DNA of 64,000 nucleotides from an uncultured Spirochaetales bacterium (GTDB taxonomy: Bacteria > UBP6 > UBA1177), in the NCBI GenBank assembly GCA_964630905.1, contig CAZVWR010000004.1, forward strand, positions 6,775-70,774, read 5' to 3'. Positions 40,761 to 50,210 of the stretch are shown piece by piece. The notes under the pieces were generated by a model, which had not been told where the DNA came from, made no database searches, and was given only the letters and a program-made list of their open reading frames with translations. How positions within the stretch are numbered: the stretch's first letter is position 1; the number at the start of each line of letters is the position of its first letter. Position numbers and translations under genes: made by a program.

Positions 40761-42806
40761 TTGCAGATTGAAAGATTTGCCGTCTCACTTTTAACACTTT
40801 GTCTTTACATAGTTTTTACTGATATTCATGCAGCCGAAAACTCTGTTGTTGTCACAGGCTCAAAAAACGGACAAATTGATTCAGCAAGCGCATCTTCAAC
40901 TGTTACAGCAAAAGAAATCGAAGAAAAACAATCAGTTACGGCAGGAGATGCGGTGCGTGAAATGCCAGGGGTATATGTAAGCGGAGACGGCAGAACAGGT
41001 CAGGCGCAATACATTTTTGTAAGAGGTTTCAGGTCAAGTGATGTGTTAATTCTGCTTGACGGAGTTGAGATAAGAAATCCGTTAAGTCCTGACGGAGCGG
41101 CAGATATTTCATTAAGTCCTGATAATATTGCAAAAATTGAACTGTTAAAAGGCCCTCAACCTGTTCTTTTCGGTAGCGGAGCAATTGCCGGAGTTCTAAA
41201 TATCCATACTAAAAAAGGAAAAGGAGCACCTTCTTTTTCCACTTCGTTTTCAACAGGCGTTCTTGACATGAGCAATGAACGATATATTCCCGATACTTTT
41301 AATGCAAAGGTCTCTTCAAAAGGGGGCAATGGCACCGCTTTTTATAATACCGGAGCGACATTCTTTTTCACTGAAGGGATCTCGATGGCAGATTCATATT
41401 CAGGTGTCAAAGAAGGACTTTATGACAAAACACCCGAAAATGACAAAGTTATAAAAGGGAGCGGATACTTCAGGACAGGCGTCACAATAGACAGCAGTAA
41501 CGAGTGGGAAACGGTTTTGAGAGCTGTTAAAGGAAAAAGTGAAATAGATGACGGGCCGGGACTGGGTGCTGATGATGTGAACCGGTTCCTTGAATCGACT
41601 GAATTTGTGATAAAAAGCGGAATTAACTCGAATTTCTTTGGCGGGAAGTGGAATATGTCCACAAGTTTTTCACTTCTTTACAGTTCCTTAAATGACACAG
41701 ATCCCGCTGATCAAGGCAAAGTGACTGGCGATATGGAAAGTGTTTATGATGCTTTTTCAGGTGTTATAAACTGGGTAAACACAATAAATCCTGCAAGCTG
41801 GTATGAACTTATTTTAGGCAGTGAACTTAAAAAAGAGTGGGGGGAAGCCGATTACAGCGATTATTCAGCGGGAAGAAGAGTTGATCTGAGTTTTGTTCCT
41901 TCAACTGATCTATCTGCCGGAATTTATGCTTTCAATATTTTTAAGCCGGTAAAAAACCTTGAAATAAATGGCGGAATAAGACTCCAGAACAATTTTTATC
42001 AGGTGCAGCTCCTTGATAAAACTGATGATTCTCTGCTTCCTTCAGAAATGAAAAAAAGTGTTGAGCCGCTGTTTTCAGCCGGAATATCTTATGAAGCTCC
42101 AAGTGAAACGGTTTTCAAGACCCGTTTTGCAAGAGGGGTGAAAACTCCGACACTTTTTCAGCGATTCAGCCGTTTTGCAGATTCGTATAATGAACTTAAG
42201 CCCGAAACGGCGTGGGGTTTTGACGGAATAGTTCAGCAGTATTTTTTCAAACGGAATATTCTTGTTGCAGCTGGATATTTCTACGAACTCAAATCCAACC
42301 ACATAAGTCTTGATAAAAGCGGAAAGTTTTCAAATAGATATCTCATTGAAAATCACGGAATTGAAATCTCTCTTTTAACAAAACCGGTGTACGGATTAAG
42401 TTTGAAAGCCGCCTACACCTGGATATTCAAAATGAAGGAATATAAAGTTGTTGAATATTTTGGTGAAAAATACAGAGAGGAAACAGATCTGCTAAGAAGG
42501 CCTGCTCACACATTTGATGCAGTTTTAAACTATAACTTGATGAAAAAATTAAATATTTCGCTTTGCATAAATTATGTCGGCAAAAGACTGGATGAAGTTT
42601 ACAACTATCCGAAAACCCCTTATGTTGTGACTGCTGACCAGTTTGTCATTTTAAATCTCGCCATCTCTTATAAAATCAATAAGTATCTGACAATATTTGG
42701 AAAAATAGAGAATATGCTTGATAATGACGACTACGCATATTCAGTGGAATACGGTACTTCAGGGATCACTCCGTGGCTTGGACTGAAATTTGATACAGGT
42801 GAATGA
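40761..42806 (+). CDS. btuB: TonB-dependent outer-membrane receptor, BtuB-like.
   Basis: Plug-domain motifs (TonB-box region VVVTG, ...FVRGFRSSDVLILLDGVEI...), a 22-strand barrel, and a riboswitch upstream. It has a TTG start 5 nt after GGAGGG. Confidence 0.85.
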   Translation: MQIERFAVSLLTLCLYIVFTDIHAAENSVVVTGSKNGQIDSASASSTVTAKEIEEKQSVTAGDAVREMPGVYVSGDGRTGQAQYIFVRGFRSSDVLILLDGVEIRNPLSPDGAADISLSPDNIAKIELLKGPQPVLFGSGAIAGVLNIHTKKGKGAPSFSTSFSTGVLDMSNERYIPDTFNAKVSSKGGNGTAFYNTGATFFFTEGISMADSYSGVKEGLYDKTPENDKVIKGSGYFRTGVTIDSSNEWETVLRAVKGKSEIDDGPGLGADDVNRFLESTEFVIKSGINSNFFGGKWNMSTSFSLLYSSLNDTDPADQGKVTGDMESVYDAFSGVINWVNTINPASWYELILGSELKKEWGEADYSDYSAGRRVDLSFVPSTDLSAGIYAFNIFKPVKNLEINGGIRLQNNFYQVQLLDKTDDSLLPSEMKKSVEPLFSAGISYEAPSETVFKTRFARGVKTPTLFQRFSRFADSYNELKPETAWGFDGIVQQYFFKRNILVAAGYFYELKSNHISLDKSGKFSNRYLIENHGIEISLLTKPVYGLSLKAAYTWIFKMKEYKVVEYFGEKYREETDLLRRPAHTFDAVLNYNLMKKLNISLCINYVGKRLDEVYNYPKTPYVVTADQFVILNLAISYKINKYLTIFGKIENMLDNDDYAYSVEYGTSGITPWLGLKFDTGE

Positions 42807-43993
42807 TGAAAAAATTGATAGTTTTAATGATCACACTCTTTTCAATCGGTTGCGGCGATGGAAATTTTCCAGATCTGCCTGATGGAGAAAATGTGACCGC
42901 AGATGCGCCGGTGCTGGATCTTGATATTGTTGAAAATTACGATGAGTCAATTGAAAGCGATCTGATAGTTGCGACTGTCGGTGGATATGATGTCCCTTTC
43001 AGCGGCAAGGTGTTTCTGTCTGAAAACGAGGAAATTCAAGACCTTGTCAGAATTAGAAAAGATGAAAAGATTGGAAGTTCAACAGGTTCTGACATTACTG
43101 TTTCAACATGGGACGGAGGCTTTTTTGTTATTGGCAGGCACGATTCATCAACTGCCTATTTCTTTGATGAAAAATCGACAAAAGACGGTTTTGATTTCAG
43201 TGCGGTTGATCTTGGAAAAGGGGATTATATCAATCTTCAGGAAGGGGTTTATAACCATTTTAAAGATGAGTTCATTTTCAGTGCATTAAACAGTAACTAT
43301 CTGATAATATTAAAAAATAACGCGGTGTCAAAATTGCAGATAAGTGAAAACGCAAACGCGAGTCCTGCAAAAATGAGGATCATCAAAAGCAAACTGTTCG
43401 TGGCAATGCAGAATCTGAATGAGAGCTGGCAGCCGGGATCAGGAGAGATGGCAGTGATCGATATGGAGACATATTCTGTAAAAAGATTTGGTCTGACTTC
43501 TAAAAATCCTGTCGGAAAAATCGAATATAATCAATCGGTTGACGCGGGTCATTTTTATATTGCCTGTTCTGGAAGCTGGCAGAAACGGGACGGTGCGGTT
43601 TTGCGGATAGATATTGAAACATTTGAATCGACGGAGATACTTAAAGAATCTGATAACGGAGGTATCCTTGACGGTGATTTTGTGGATCTGACAATTGCCG
43701 ATAATGGTGATTTTTATATAGTTTTCTCAAATAATTCAGATAGATGGATAAACAGACTTCTTAAATACGACACAAAAAAAGGAGTTATTTCTCAAATTGA
43801 TTCAGGAGTCAACGCGTTTGCGGCAAATCCGGTTGATTACAGTCCCGTCACAAAGAAAATATATTATTTTGCAGACTTCGGGCCTGACACATTTTTAAGA
43901 TCAATGAACACCGATTCAGGAGAATTTGAAGAGATAAAGCTTGATGAAGGACCTGCGTTTATCAAAGTGTGGATTAGAAATATCAATAATTAA
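42803..43993 (+). CDS. Surface lipoprotein, hypothetical (possible B12-capturing partner of BtuB).
   Basis: Lipobox LFSIGC. It shows repeated beta-rich DG/F segments and is coupled to btuB by an ATGA overlap. Confidence 0.5.
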   Translation: MMKKLIVLMITLFSIGCGDGNFPDLPDGENVTADAPVLDLDIVENYDESIESDLIVATVGGYDVPFSGKVFLSENEEIQDLVRIRKDEKIGSSTGSDITVSTWDGGFFVIGRHDSSTAYFFDEKSTKDGFDFSAVDLGKGDYINLQEGVYNHFKDEFIFSALNSNYLIILKNNAVSKLQISENANASPAKMRIIKSKLFVAMQNLNESWQPGSGEMAVIDMETYSVKRFGLTSKNPVGKIEYNQSVDAGHFYIACSGSWQKRDGAVLRIDIETFESTEILKESDNGGILDGDFVDLTIADNGDFYIVFSNNSDRWINRLLKYDTKKGVISQIDSGVNAFAANPVDYSPVTKKIYYFADFGPDTFLRSMNTDSGEFEEIKLDEGPAFIKVWIRNINN

Positions 43994-44004
43994 GGGAGGT
44001 TGTC

Positions 44005-45051
44005 ATGAAAAAAAGTATGCTGTTGATCATGTTATTAGTTTTTATTACAGGATGTGATAACGAAACTTCTGAAAAAAACGACAATGACACAGAACCTGTA
44101 CACGAACTTATCGGAAGATATTCCGACAGCTTCGGCGGTCCCCATATAATTTCAAACACTGTCTGGGATCAGGGCGGAATGATGGGGAGGTTCAATATTG
44201 AGCTTTTTGACAGCGAAAATGATGTGATCATTGCTCAAAATGACAAGAACAATGAATTCAGTGCTGAAAAATGGAGCCGTTTCGATTACCTTATCGATTC
44301 GTCAAAAATATATTTCTGCCAGATAGTTTATGATTTGGACACGATGCAGGAAGCAATTGATGCAACAGGGGCCGATAGAGGTGATCTTGATGGCGGCTGT
44401 AACGGTTTTGGATGGACTGAACTGGCTGAAATTGCTGAAGAATCAATTGATAAAGATGACGCACTGATAGTTGCATGGGCAAATGGTCATGAGTCATATA
44501 TTCCAGGAGAAGATCTGATCGAAGATTGGAAAACACCTGACAAAGCAATTGGTAAAGCTGAAGGAACTTCGACTGATATAGTTTCACTTGGAAACGGCGG
44601 AAGTATAGTTCTGACTTTTGAAAAACCGGTTACAGATGGCCAAGGAGCTGATTTTGCAGTTTTTGAGAACAGTCTAAGTGACACTTTTCTTGAGCTTGCG
44701 TTTGTAGAAGTAAGCAGTGACGGAACGAATTTCTTAAGATTTGACACATATTATCTCGGTGTTGACCCCGTTGATGCTTTCGGAAATCATGACTCGTCAC
44801 TCATCTGGGGATTTGCAGGAAAATTCAAACAGGGACTCGGCACTAAATTTGATCTGAATGATCTTGCTGAAAAATCAGAAGTGGTTGATAAAACTGTAGA
44901 TCTGAGCAATATTACACACATAAGAATCGTTGATGTAATTGGTAACGGAAGCGAAATCGACACACTCGGAAATCCGGTCTATGACCCTTATCCCACAACG
45001 GAAAGTGCCGGCTTTGACCTCGATGCGGTCGGCGTGATGAATTTGAAATAA
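44005..45051 (+). CDS. Lipoprotein, hypothetical.
   Basis: Lipobox VFITGC; the C-terminal beta-sandwich-like region GADFAVFEN...[11 protein letters not shown]. Confidence 0.5.
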   Translation: MKKSMLLIMLLVFITGCDNETSEKNDNDTEPVHELIGRYSDSFGGPHIISNTVWDQGGMMGRFNIELFDSENDVIIAQNDKNNEFSAEKWSRFDYLIDSSKIYFCQIVYDLDTMQEAIDATGADRGDLDGGCNGFGWTELAEIAEESIDKDDALIVAWANGHESYIPGEDLIEDWKTPDKAIGKAEGTSTDIVSLGNGGSIVLTFEKPVTDGQGADFAVFENSLSDTFLELAFVEVSSDGTNFLRFDTYYLGVDPVDAFGNHDSSLIWGFAGKFKQGLGTKFDLNDLAEKSEVVDKTVDLSNITHIRIVDVIGNGSEIDTLGNPVYDPYPTTESAGFDLDAVGVMNLK

Positions 45052-45123
45052 TTGCAATTTTTCGAGAATAAACTATATCATAAAGGTGTTTGTCGGGATG
45101 TTTTTTTCGATGGAGTTTTAAAT

Positions 45124-46275
45124 ATGAAAAGATTTCTGCTTGTTGTATTTTTTGCACTGTTTCTTCCGTTTTTTGTCAGTGCTTCAGATGAAGGAAAGGA
45201 TGTTTTTTACTTTTTCTATTCATACAAATGTCCTCACTGTATTGAAGCGCATCCTTTCATTGATAAGCTCAAAACAGAATATCCGGACATAGTTTTCAAA
45301 GATCTTGAAGTTATGAAAATTCCTGAAAACAGAGAGCTTTTTAAAAAAATGATTGGAGAACTCGGAATTCAGGGCGGTGGTGTTCCGACATTTATTTTCA
45401 ATGGAAAATTTGTTGTAGGTTTCCAGGCAGGACATCACGACAGACTTATAAGACAGATGATTGATCTTAACATGTCAGATCATAAAAAGGAGAGTTGTCA
45501 GAGTGCAGACTGCAAAGAGTGCAAGGAAAATATGATAGATGTTCCGATACTTGGAAAGATCGATGCTAAAATGGTCTCTTTGCCGAGTTTTACTTTCATA
45601 ATCGGACTTCTTGACGGCATAAATCCATGTGCAATGTGGGTTCTTATGTTCCTTCTCACCCTTCTTGTCAACGCAAAAAGCAGAAAAAAACTGATAATGG
45701 TCGGAACAGTTTTCGTTGTTTCATCCGCGGTGGTATATTTTCTGTTCATGACCGCATGGCTCAACATTTTCACTTTCATGGGGGTAAGTCAGTATATTAC
45801 GATAGCACTCGGAATTCTTGCACTTTTAATGGGACTTATCAACATAAAGGAGTTTTTCTTCTTTAAAAAAGGGATCAGCCTGATGATACCTGAAAAAGCA
45901 AAACCCAAGCTTTTTGAGAAAATGAGAAAGATAATGAATAACAGCAGTTTTGCAGTTTCTCTTTTCGGTACTATCGCACTTGCATTTTTTGTAAATCTCA
46001 TTGAACTTGGATGCACGATCGGACTTCCGGCAATTTATACGAGAGTCCTTTCAGTTCAGCAGATAAGCACATCGGTAAAATATTTCTACATGGCTCTCTA
46101 CAATGCTTATTATGTCATTCCTCTTGCAGTTATTGTCGCTCTTTTCGTTTTCACGATGGGCAAATACAGATTTGAGGAAAAACACGCAAAAGTGCTTAAA
46201 CTGGTAAGCGGAATATTGATGATAACACTTGGAGCGATACTTGTTTTCAAACCCGATCTTCTTGTTTTCGCGTAG
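45124..46275 (+). CDS. Thioredoxin-fold domain fused to a DsbD/CcdA-type transmembrane disulfide transporter.
   Basis: Signal peptide, then YKCPHC (thioredoxin CxxC), then a membrane domain with GINPCAMWV and ELGCTIG, consistent with CcdA/DsbD conserved cysteines. The start is at MKRFLL. Confidence 0.7.
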   Translation: MKRFLLVVFFALFLPFFVSASDEGKDVFYFFYSYKCPHCIEAHPFIDKLKTEYPDIVFKDLEVMKIPENRELFKKMIGELGIQGGGVPTFIFNGKFVVGFQAGHHDRLIRQMIDLNMSDHKKESCQSADCKECKENMIDVPILGKIDAKMVSLPSFTFIIGLLDGINPCAMWVLMFLLTLLVNAKSRKKLIMVGTVFVVSSAVVYFLFMTAWLNIFTFMGVSQYITIALGILALLMGLINIKEFFFFKKGISLMIPEKAKPKLFEKMRKIMNNSSFAVSLFGTIALAFFVNLIELGCTIGLPAIYTRVLSVQQISTSVKYFYMALYNAYYVIPLAVIVALFVFTMGKYRFEEKHAKVLKLVSGILMITLGAILVFKPDLLVFA

Positions 46276-46278
46276 GAA

Positions 46279-47100
46279 CTAAGAAAGTTTTTTAAATATC
46301 TTTTCACCGATCTTTTCAAATTCGATTCCGGCTGGTGTTTTCCCGTAAACATTTACAAAAAATCTTCCTTTATCTCCGCATTCGCTTACTAAAGGTTCGA
46401 TCGGGATCTCGCCTAATATTTCTGTGTTATGATCCTCTGCCATTTTTGCAATGCCGCCCTGTTTGAATATGTAGCTTTTTTCACCGCATTTTGGGCAGAC
46501 GAAGTGGCTCATGTTGACGACTATTCCAAGGTTTTTAAATCCAAGTCCGCTTGCAAATGAAAGTGATTTTCTGACATCGCTGATTGAAACTTCCTGAGGA
46601 GTTGTGACTATCAATGCATTTGCTTTATCTTTAAGGAACTGTGCAACAGTAAGCGGCTCATCACCTGTTCCGGGAGGGGAGTCAATGATAAGATAATCGA
46701 GTTCACCCCACTCAACATCGCAGAAAAACTGTTTTATAGCACTAACCTTCATCGGTCCTCTCCAGATGACGGGCGAGTCAATGGATTCAAGTGCAAGCCC
46801 GATGCTGACAGCGTGAAAAGTGTCTGAAATTCTTACCGGTTTTATTTTTCCCGATTCATCTGATCCCAGTTTTTTTCCTTCAATTCCAAGAAGTTTCGGA
46901 ATGCTCGGACCGTGAAAATCCACATCCATAATGCCGACATTTTTTCCCTGCATTGCAAAATAATATGCAAGATTCACAGCGACACTGCTTTTGCCGACAC
47001 CACCCTTTCCGCTCATGACAACGATAATGTTTCTGATCTTTGAAACAGTTTCATTAAACCGTTTCTCCTCTTCCTCATTCGTAAAAAGTGAAAATGCCAT
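46279..47100 (-). CDS. Mrp/NBP35 (ApbC) Fe-S cluster carrier ATPase.
   Basis: SGKGGVGKSS, CPKCGEK. Confidence 0.85.
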   Translation of the reverse strand: MAFSLFTNEEEEKRFNETVSKIRNIIVVMSGKGGVGKSSVAVNLAYYFAMQGKNVGIMDVDFHGPSIPKLLGIEGKKLGSDESGKIKPVRISDTFHAVSIGLALESIDSPVIWRGPMKVSAIKQFFCDVEWGELDYLIIDSPPGTGDEPLTVAQFLKDKANALIVTTPQEVSISDVRKSLSFASGLGFKNLGIVVNMSHFVCPKCGEKSYIFKQGGIAKMAEDHNTEILGEIPIEPLVSECGDKGRFFVNVYGKTPAGIEFEKIGEKIFKKLS

Positions 47101-47249
47101 ATCTTAAAACCTCCAAGTAAAAAGAAAAAATCCACACAGAGACAATAGTCCCCAAAATCTTTTTTTCAAGAGGATAACAGATTCATTGACATAAAATCAA
47201 TAAAAATATAAAGTCCGGAGTTTTAAATTCTGTTTGATAGTTTGGAGAG

Positions 47250-47921
47250 ATGATGGATGTTATTTTAAAAAACATTTCAAAGGGTTACAAAAACGCAACT
47301 GGTGAGAGTTTTGCCGTTATTAAAGATCTTAACCTTGAGCTTAAAAGCGGAGCGGTGCTTCGTCTTAAAGGGGCAAGCGGAAGTGGAAAGACCACACTTA
47401 TGAACATTGTTTCAGGTCTTATTCTTCCTGACAGCGGAACGGTCAAGGCGGGTGATTTTGAAATAACCGCAATGAGCGAAACCGGAAGAGACAGGTTCAG
47501 AGCTGAAAATACCGGTTATATTTTCCAGACATTCAATCTTCTAAGCCCTTTTTCTGTCATTGAAAATGTTTATGCACCTCTCGCTTTTGCAGGGGAACTC
47601 CCTGAAAAATTTGAAGAAAAAGCGATTGCTGTTTTGAATGAGGTGGGACTTGCCGGTCTTGAAAAAAGGAAGATCTACCATCTTTCGGTGGGGCAGAGGC
47701 AGAGGGTTTGTGTTGCAAGGGTTCTTTTTTCAAACCCCCGGATCATTCTTGCCGATGAACCGACCGCATCTTTGGACACAGAAAGTGCAAAAACGGTTTA
47801 CAGATCGATCGAAAAGTGCAGAAATAACGGCTCGACAATAATTTTCGCCTCACATGACAGGATATTTGATGACTTTAACAGCGACATGGTATTCGATCTT
47901 GAAACAGGGAGGGTGTCATGA
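47250..47921 (+). CDS. ABC transporter ATPase, MacB/LolD-like.
   Basis: GASGSGKTT, LSVGQRQRVCVAR, ILADEPTASLD. Confidence 0.85.
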   Translation: MMDVILKNISKGYKNATGESFAVIKDLNLELKSGAVLRLKGASGSGKTTLMNIVSGLILPDSGTVKAGDFEITAMSETGRDRFRAENTGYIFQTFNLLSPFSVIENVYAPLAFAGELPEKFEEKAIAVLNEVGLAGLEKRKIYHLSVGQRQRVCVARVLFSNPRIILADEPTASLDTESAKTVYRSIEKCRNNGSTIIFASHDRIFDDFNSDMVFDLETGRVS

Positions 47922-49207
47922 GGGCGGCATTTATTTTAAAAGCAGTTATGCACAATATGAAACACAGATGCTCTGCTGTGGTTATCTCAATAATTTCAAT
48001 AGCTTGTGCATTCGCTTTTTTAAGTGCTATCGGGAATGTGACTTTCGGACTGGCTACAACGGCCGTAAACAGTTCTCTGAGTTTTCCGCTTGTTATCGGA
48101 CCTGAGGGATCAAGCGACACCCAGCTTGTAATGTCAACGGTTTTTAATATCGATAAACCGAAAGGAACACTTGAATATTCAGTTTTTGAAGAATTGATCA
48201 AAGATAAAAGGGTCGCATCAGCATTTCCTGTTGCAAGGGCTGACAGTTACATGGGGATTCCCATAACAGGGGTGACCTCTGATTTTATTAAGGAAAAAAG
48301 CAACGGATTCATAAAGTTGAAAGAAGGTTTTGTTTCTGACGATATTTTTCCTGAATCTGACCTTCACAGAGCTGTTATCGGTTTTAAAATAGCCGAAAGA
48401 TACGGACTCACAATTGACGATAAGTTTGTTGGCAGTCACGGACATGTGGGTGATGAAAATGCTCACGGTCATGATGATTTTCAATATTTCGTTGCAGGAA
48501 TAATGAATCCTGTTAACGGACCGGAAGATTTTTCTATTTATGTCAATTTAAGAGCAGTCTGGAAAATTCATGAGAAGGGAGATGAACACGACGATCACAA
48601 TGCAGATAATGAACACCATGAACACCACGAAGGGTGTGATCACGGCACTGATGGCGAAGCCCATGAAACGCTTTCTGCGATTCTTGTGAAAACTGTAAAT
48701 CCGGTCGCTACGAGCGAACTTGAAAGGGAATATTCATCAAGAAGCGGAACAAGTGCAACGGATGTGGCAAAAACAGTCAGAAGGGTTGTCCAGTATATGA
48801 ACAAAGCCGAAACAGCGGCAGGATTTTTCAGTTACGGAACATTATTGATCGTTCTTGCAATGGTTTTTGTAACAATGGTCATGGCAATAAATGAAAGAAA
48901 GAAAGAGATGGCCATGATGAGAACTTTGGGAATAGGCAAACTCCCGATTTCATTGACTGTAATGATCGAATCAATGATAATTACAGTTGCCGGTGTTCTT
49001 GCCGGTGTTGTTCTCGGTCATTTTGTTTTATGGTATTTAAAACCACTTATAGATTTCAATCTCGGAATAAGTCTCGAACCGTTTTTTGTCACAAAAGTTG
49101 AAATACAGGGAATATTGATTACTCTGATGTCCGGTCAGATCATTTCAATTATTGCAATGCTCCGGATTTATAACATGAACCTTGTGGAAGAGGTAGCCAG
49201 AGACTGA
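47918..49207 (+). CDS. FtsX/MacB-type ABC permease with a histidine-rich periplasmic insert.
   Basis: TM1, a large periplasmic domain and 3 C-terminal transmembrane segments. The inserts are HGHVGDENAHGHDD and DEHDDHNADNEHHEHHEGCDHGTDGEAHE. Confidence 0.8.
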   Translation: MRAAFILKAVMHNMKHRCSAVVISIISIACAFAFLSAIGNVTFGLATTAVNSSLSFPLVIGPEGSSDTQLVMSTVFNIDKPKGTLEYSVFEELIKDKRVASAFPVARADSYMGIPITGVTSDFIKEKSNGFIKLKEGFVSDDIFPESDLHRAVIGFKIAERYGLTIDDKFVGSHGHVGDENAHGHDDFQYFVAGIMNPVNGPEDFSIYVNLRAVWKIHEKGDEHDDHNADNEHHEHHEGCDHGTDGEAHETLSAILVKTVNPVATSELEREYSSRSGTSATDVAKTVRRVVQYMNKAETAAGFFSYGTLLIVLAMVFVTMVMAINERKKEMAMMRTLGIGKLPISLTVMIESMIITVAGVLAGVVLGHFVLWYLKPLIDFNLGISLEPFFVTKVEIQGILITLMSGQIISIIAMLRIYNMNLVEEVARD

Positions 49208-49208
49208 T

Positions 49209-50042
49209 ATGTCAAGGAAAAAGAACATTTTTATTGCTTTAGCTGTGATATTATCTGCATTGATAGTCACAGCTATCTATGAAATGAGGCCCGAACGAGA
49301 TCTTTCTGAAAAACTTCTTCCGAAAGAATATCAGGGTAGAGATGCCATCACCGGGCTTGGTGATATTTCTTCAAGCAGACCGGTTGAGAAAGTTGAAGGT
49401 GGTGAGAAGGTTGAGAATGTTGAGAAAGTTGAGAACGTTGAGAAAGTTGAAAATGTTGAGAAGGTTGAGGGAAAACTTCCTGCAGCCGAAAAGTTCAAAA
49501 AAGCGAACGAATCAATTTCCGACAGCTTTAAGAAGCACGGCACGGATGTGGTTCTTAAGCCAGTGGACAAACTTGTGGAAAAAGAAAAATATCACGGGAA
49601 ATATACTCTGAACGAACCCGATTTTTCAAATCTGCATCCCCTTAATTATCAGGGACTTAAAAAGGTTTATACATATTTCAGGTTGAAAGAATCAATGCCG
49701 GAAGTGGTAGTGAACAAACTGAATGGAGCTGCTGTTGTAATGACAGGTGCTGTAATGCCTGTCGATAAAATTCCCGAAGACGGCAATTTTACGGCTTTCT
49801 GGCTTTCAAACCCGTCAATAGTTCTTGCCGGATGTGTTTTTTGCAACCCGCCCACACTTGCTGATATAGTTTATGTTTATAAAGACAGCGGCGAGAAACC
49901 CTTCAAATTTGAAAGGGAAAAGCTTTTTAAGCAGGTAGTTCTGGTAAGAGTTACCGGACGGTTATTTTTCGGCCCTGAAACAATAAAAGACCAGATATTT
50001 CTTTTCAGCATTCTTGCAACCGATGTGGAGATACTGAATTGA
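49209..50042 (+). CDS. Membrane-anchored DUF3299-like protein with a (VEKVEN)n repeat linker.
   Basis: N-terminal transmembrane segment, the repeat, and C-terminal AGCVFCNPPTLADIVYV resembling the DUF3299 motif GACIHVPPPPPNQIVHV. Confidence 0.5.
   Translation: MSRKKNIFIALAVILSALIVTAIYEMRPERDLSEKLLPKEYQGRDAITGLGDISSSRPVEKVEGGEKVENVEKVENVEKVENVEKVEGKLPAAEKFKKANESISDSFKKHGTDVVLKPVDKLVEKEKYHGKYTLNEPDFSNLHPLNYQGLKKVYTYFRLKESMPEVVVNKLNGAAVVMTGAVMPVDKIPEDGNFTAFWLSNPSIVLAGCVFCNPPTLADIVYVYKDSGEKPFKFEREKLFKQVVLVRVTGRLFFGPETIKDQIFLFSILATDVEILN
49391..49471 (+). repeat. Coding tandem repeat, nine copies of 9 bp (gttgagaaN), encoding (V-E-K/N)n.
   Basis: gttgaaggt ggtgagaag gttgagaat gttgagaaa gttgagaac gttgagaaa gttgaaaat gttgagaag gttgaggga. 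Confidence 0.8.
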
Positions 50043-50210
50043 TAGGACTCCTGTGCAACTTATTGATATTAAAGAATAAAAAAGTTTGGAAGATGTCTTG
50101 CTAAATTGTGTGTGTGAGAAAAATGTTCATTTAAACATTTGACTTTTAGAGGTGTATTTACTATTTTGGCAGGCGCTTCAAGGAGAACGGTTTGAGAAAC
50201 TTATTCATAA

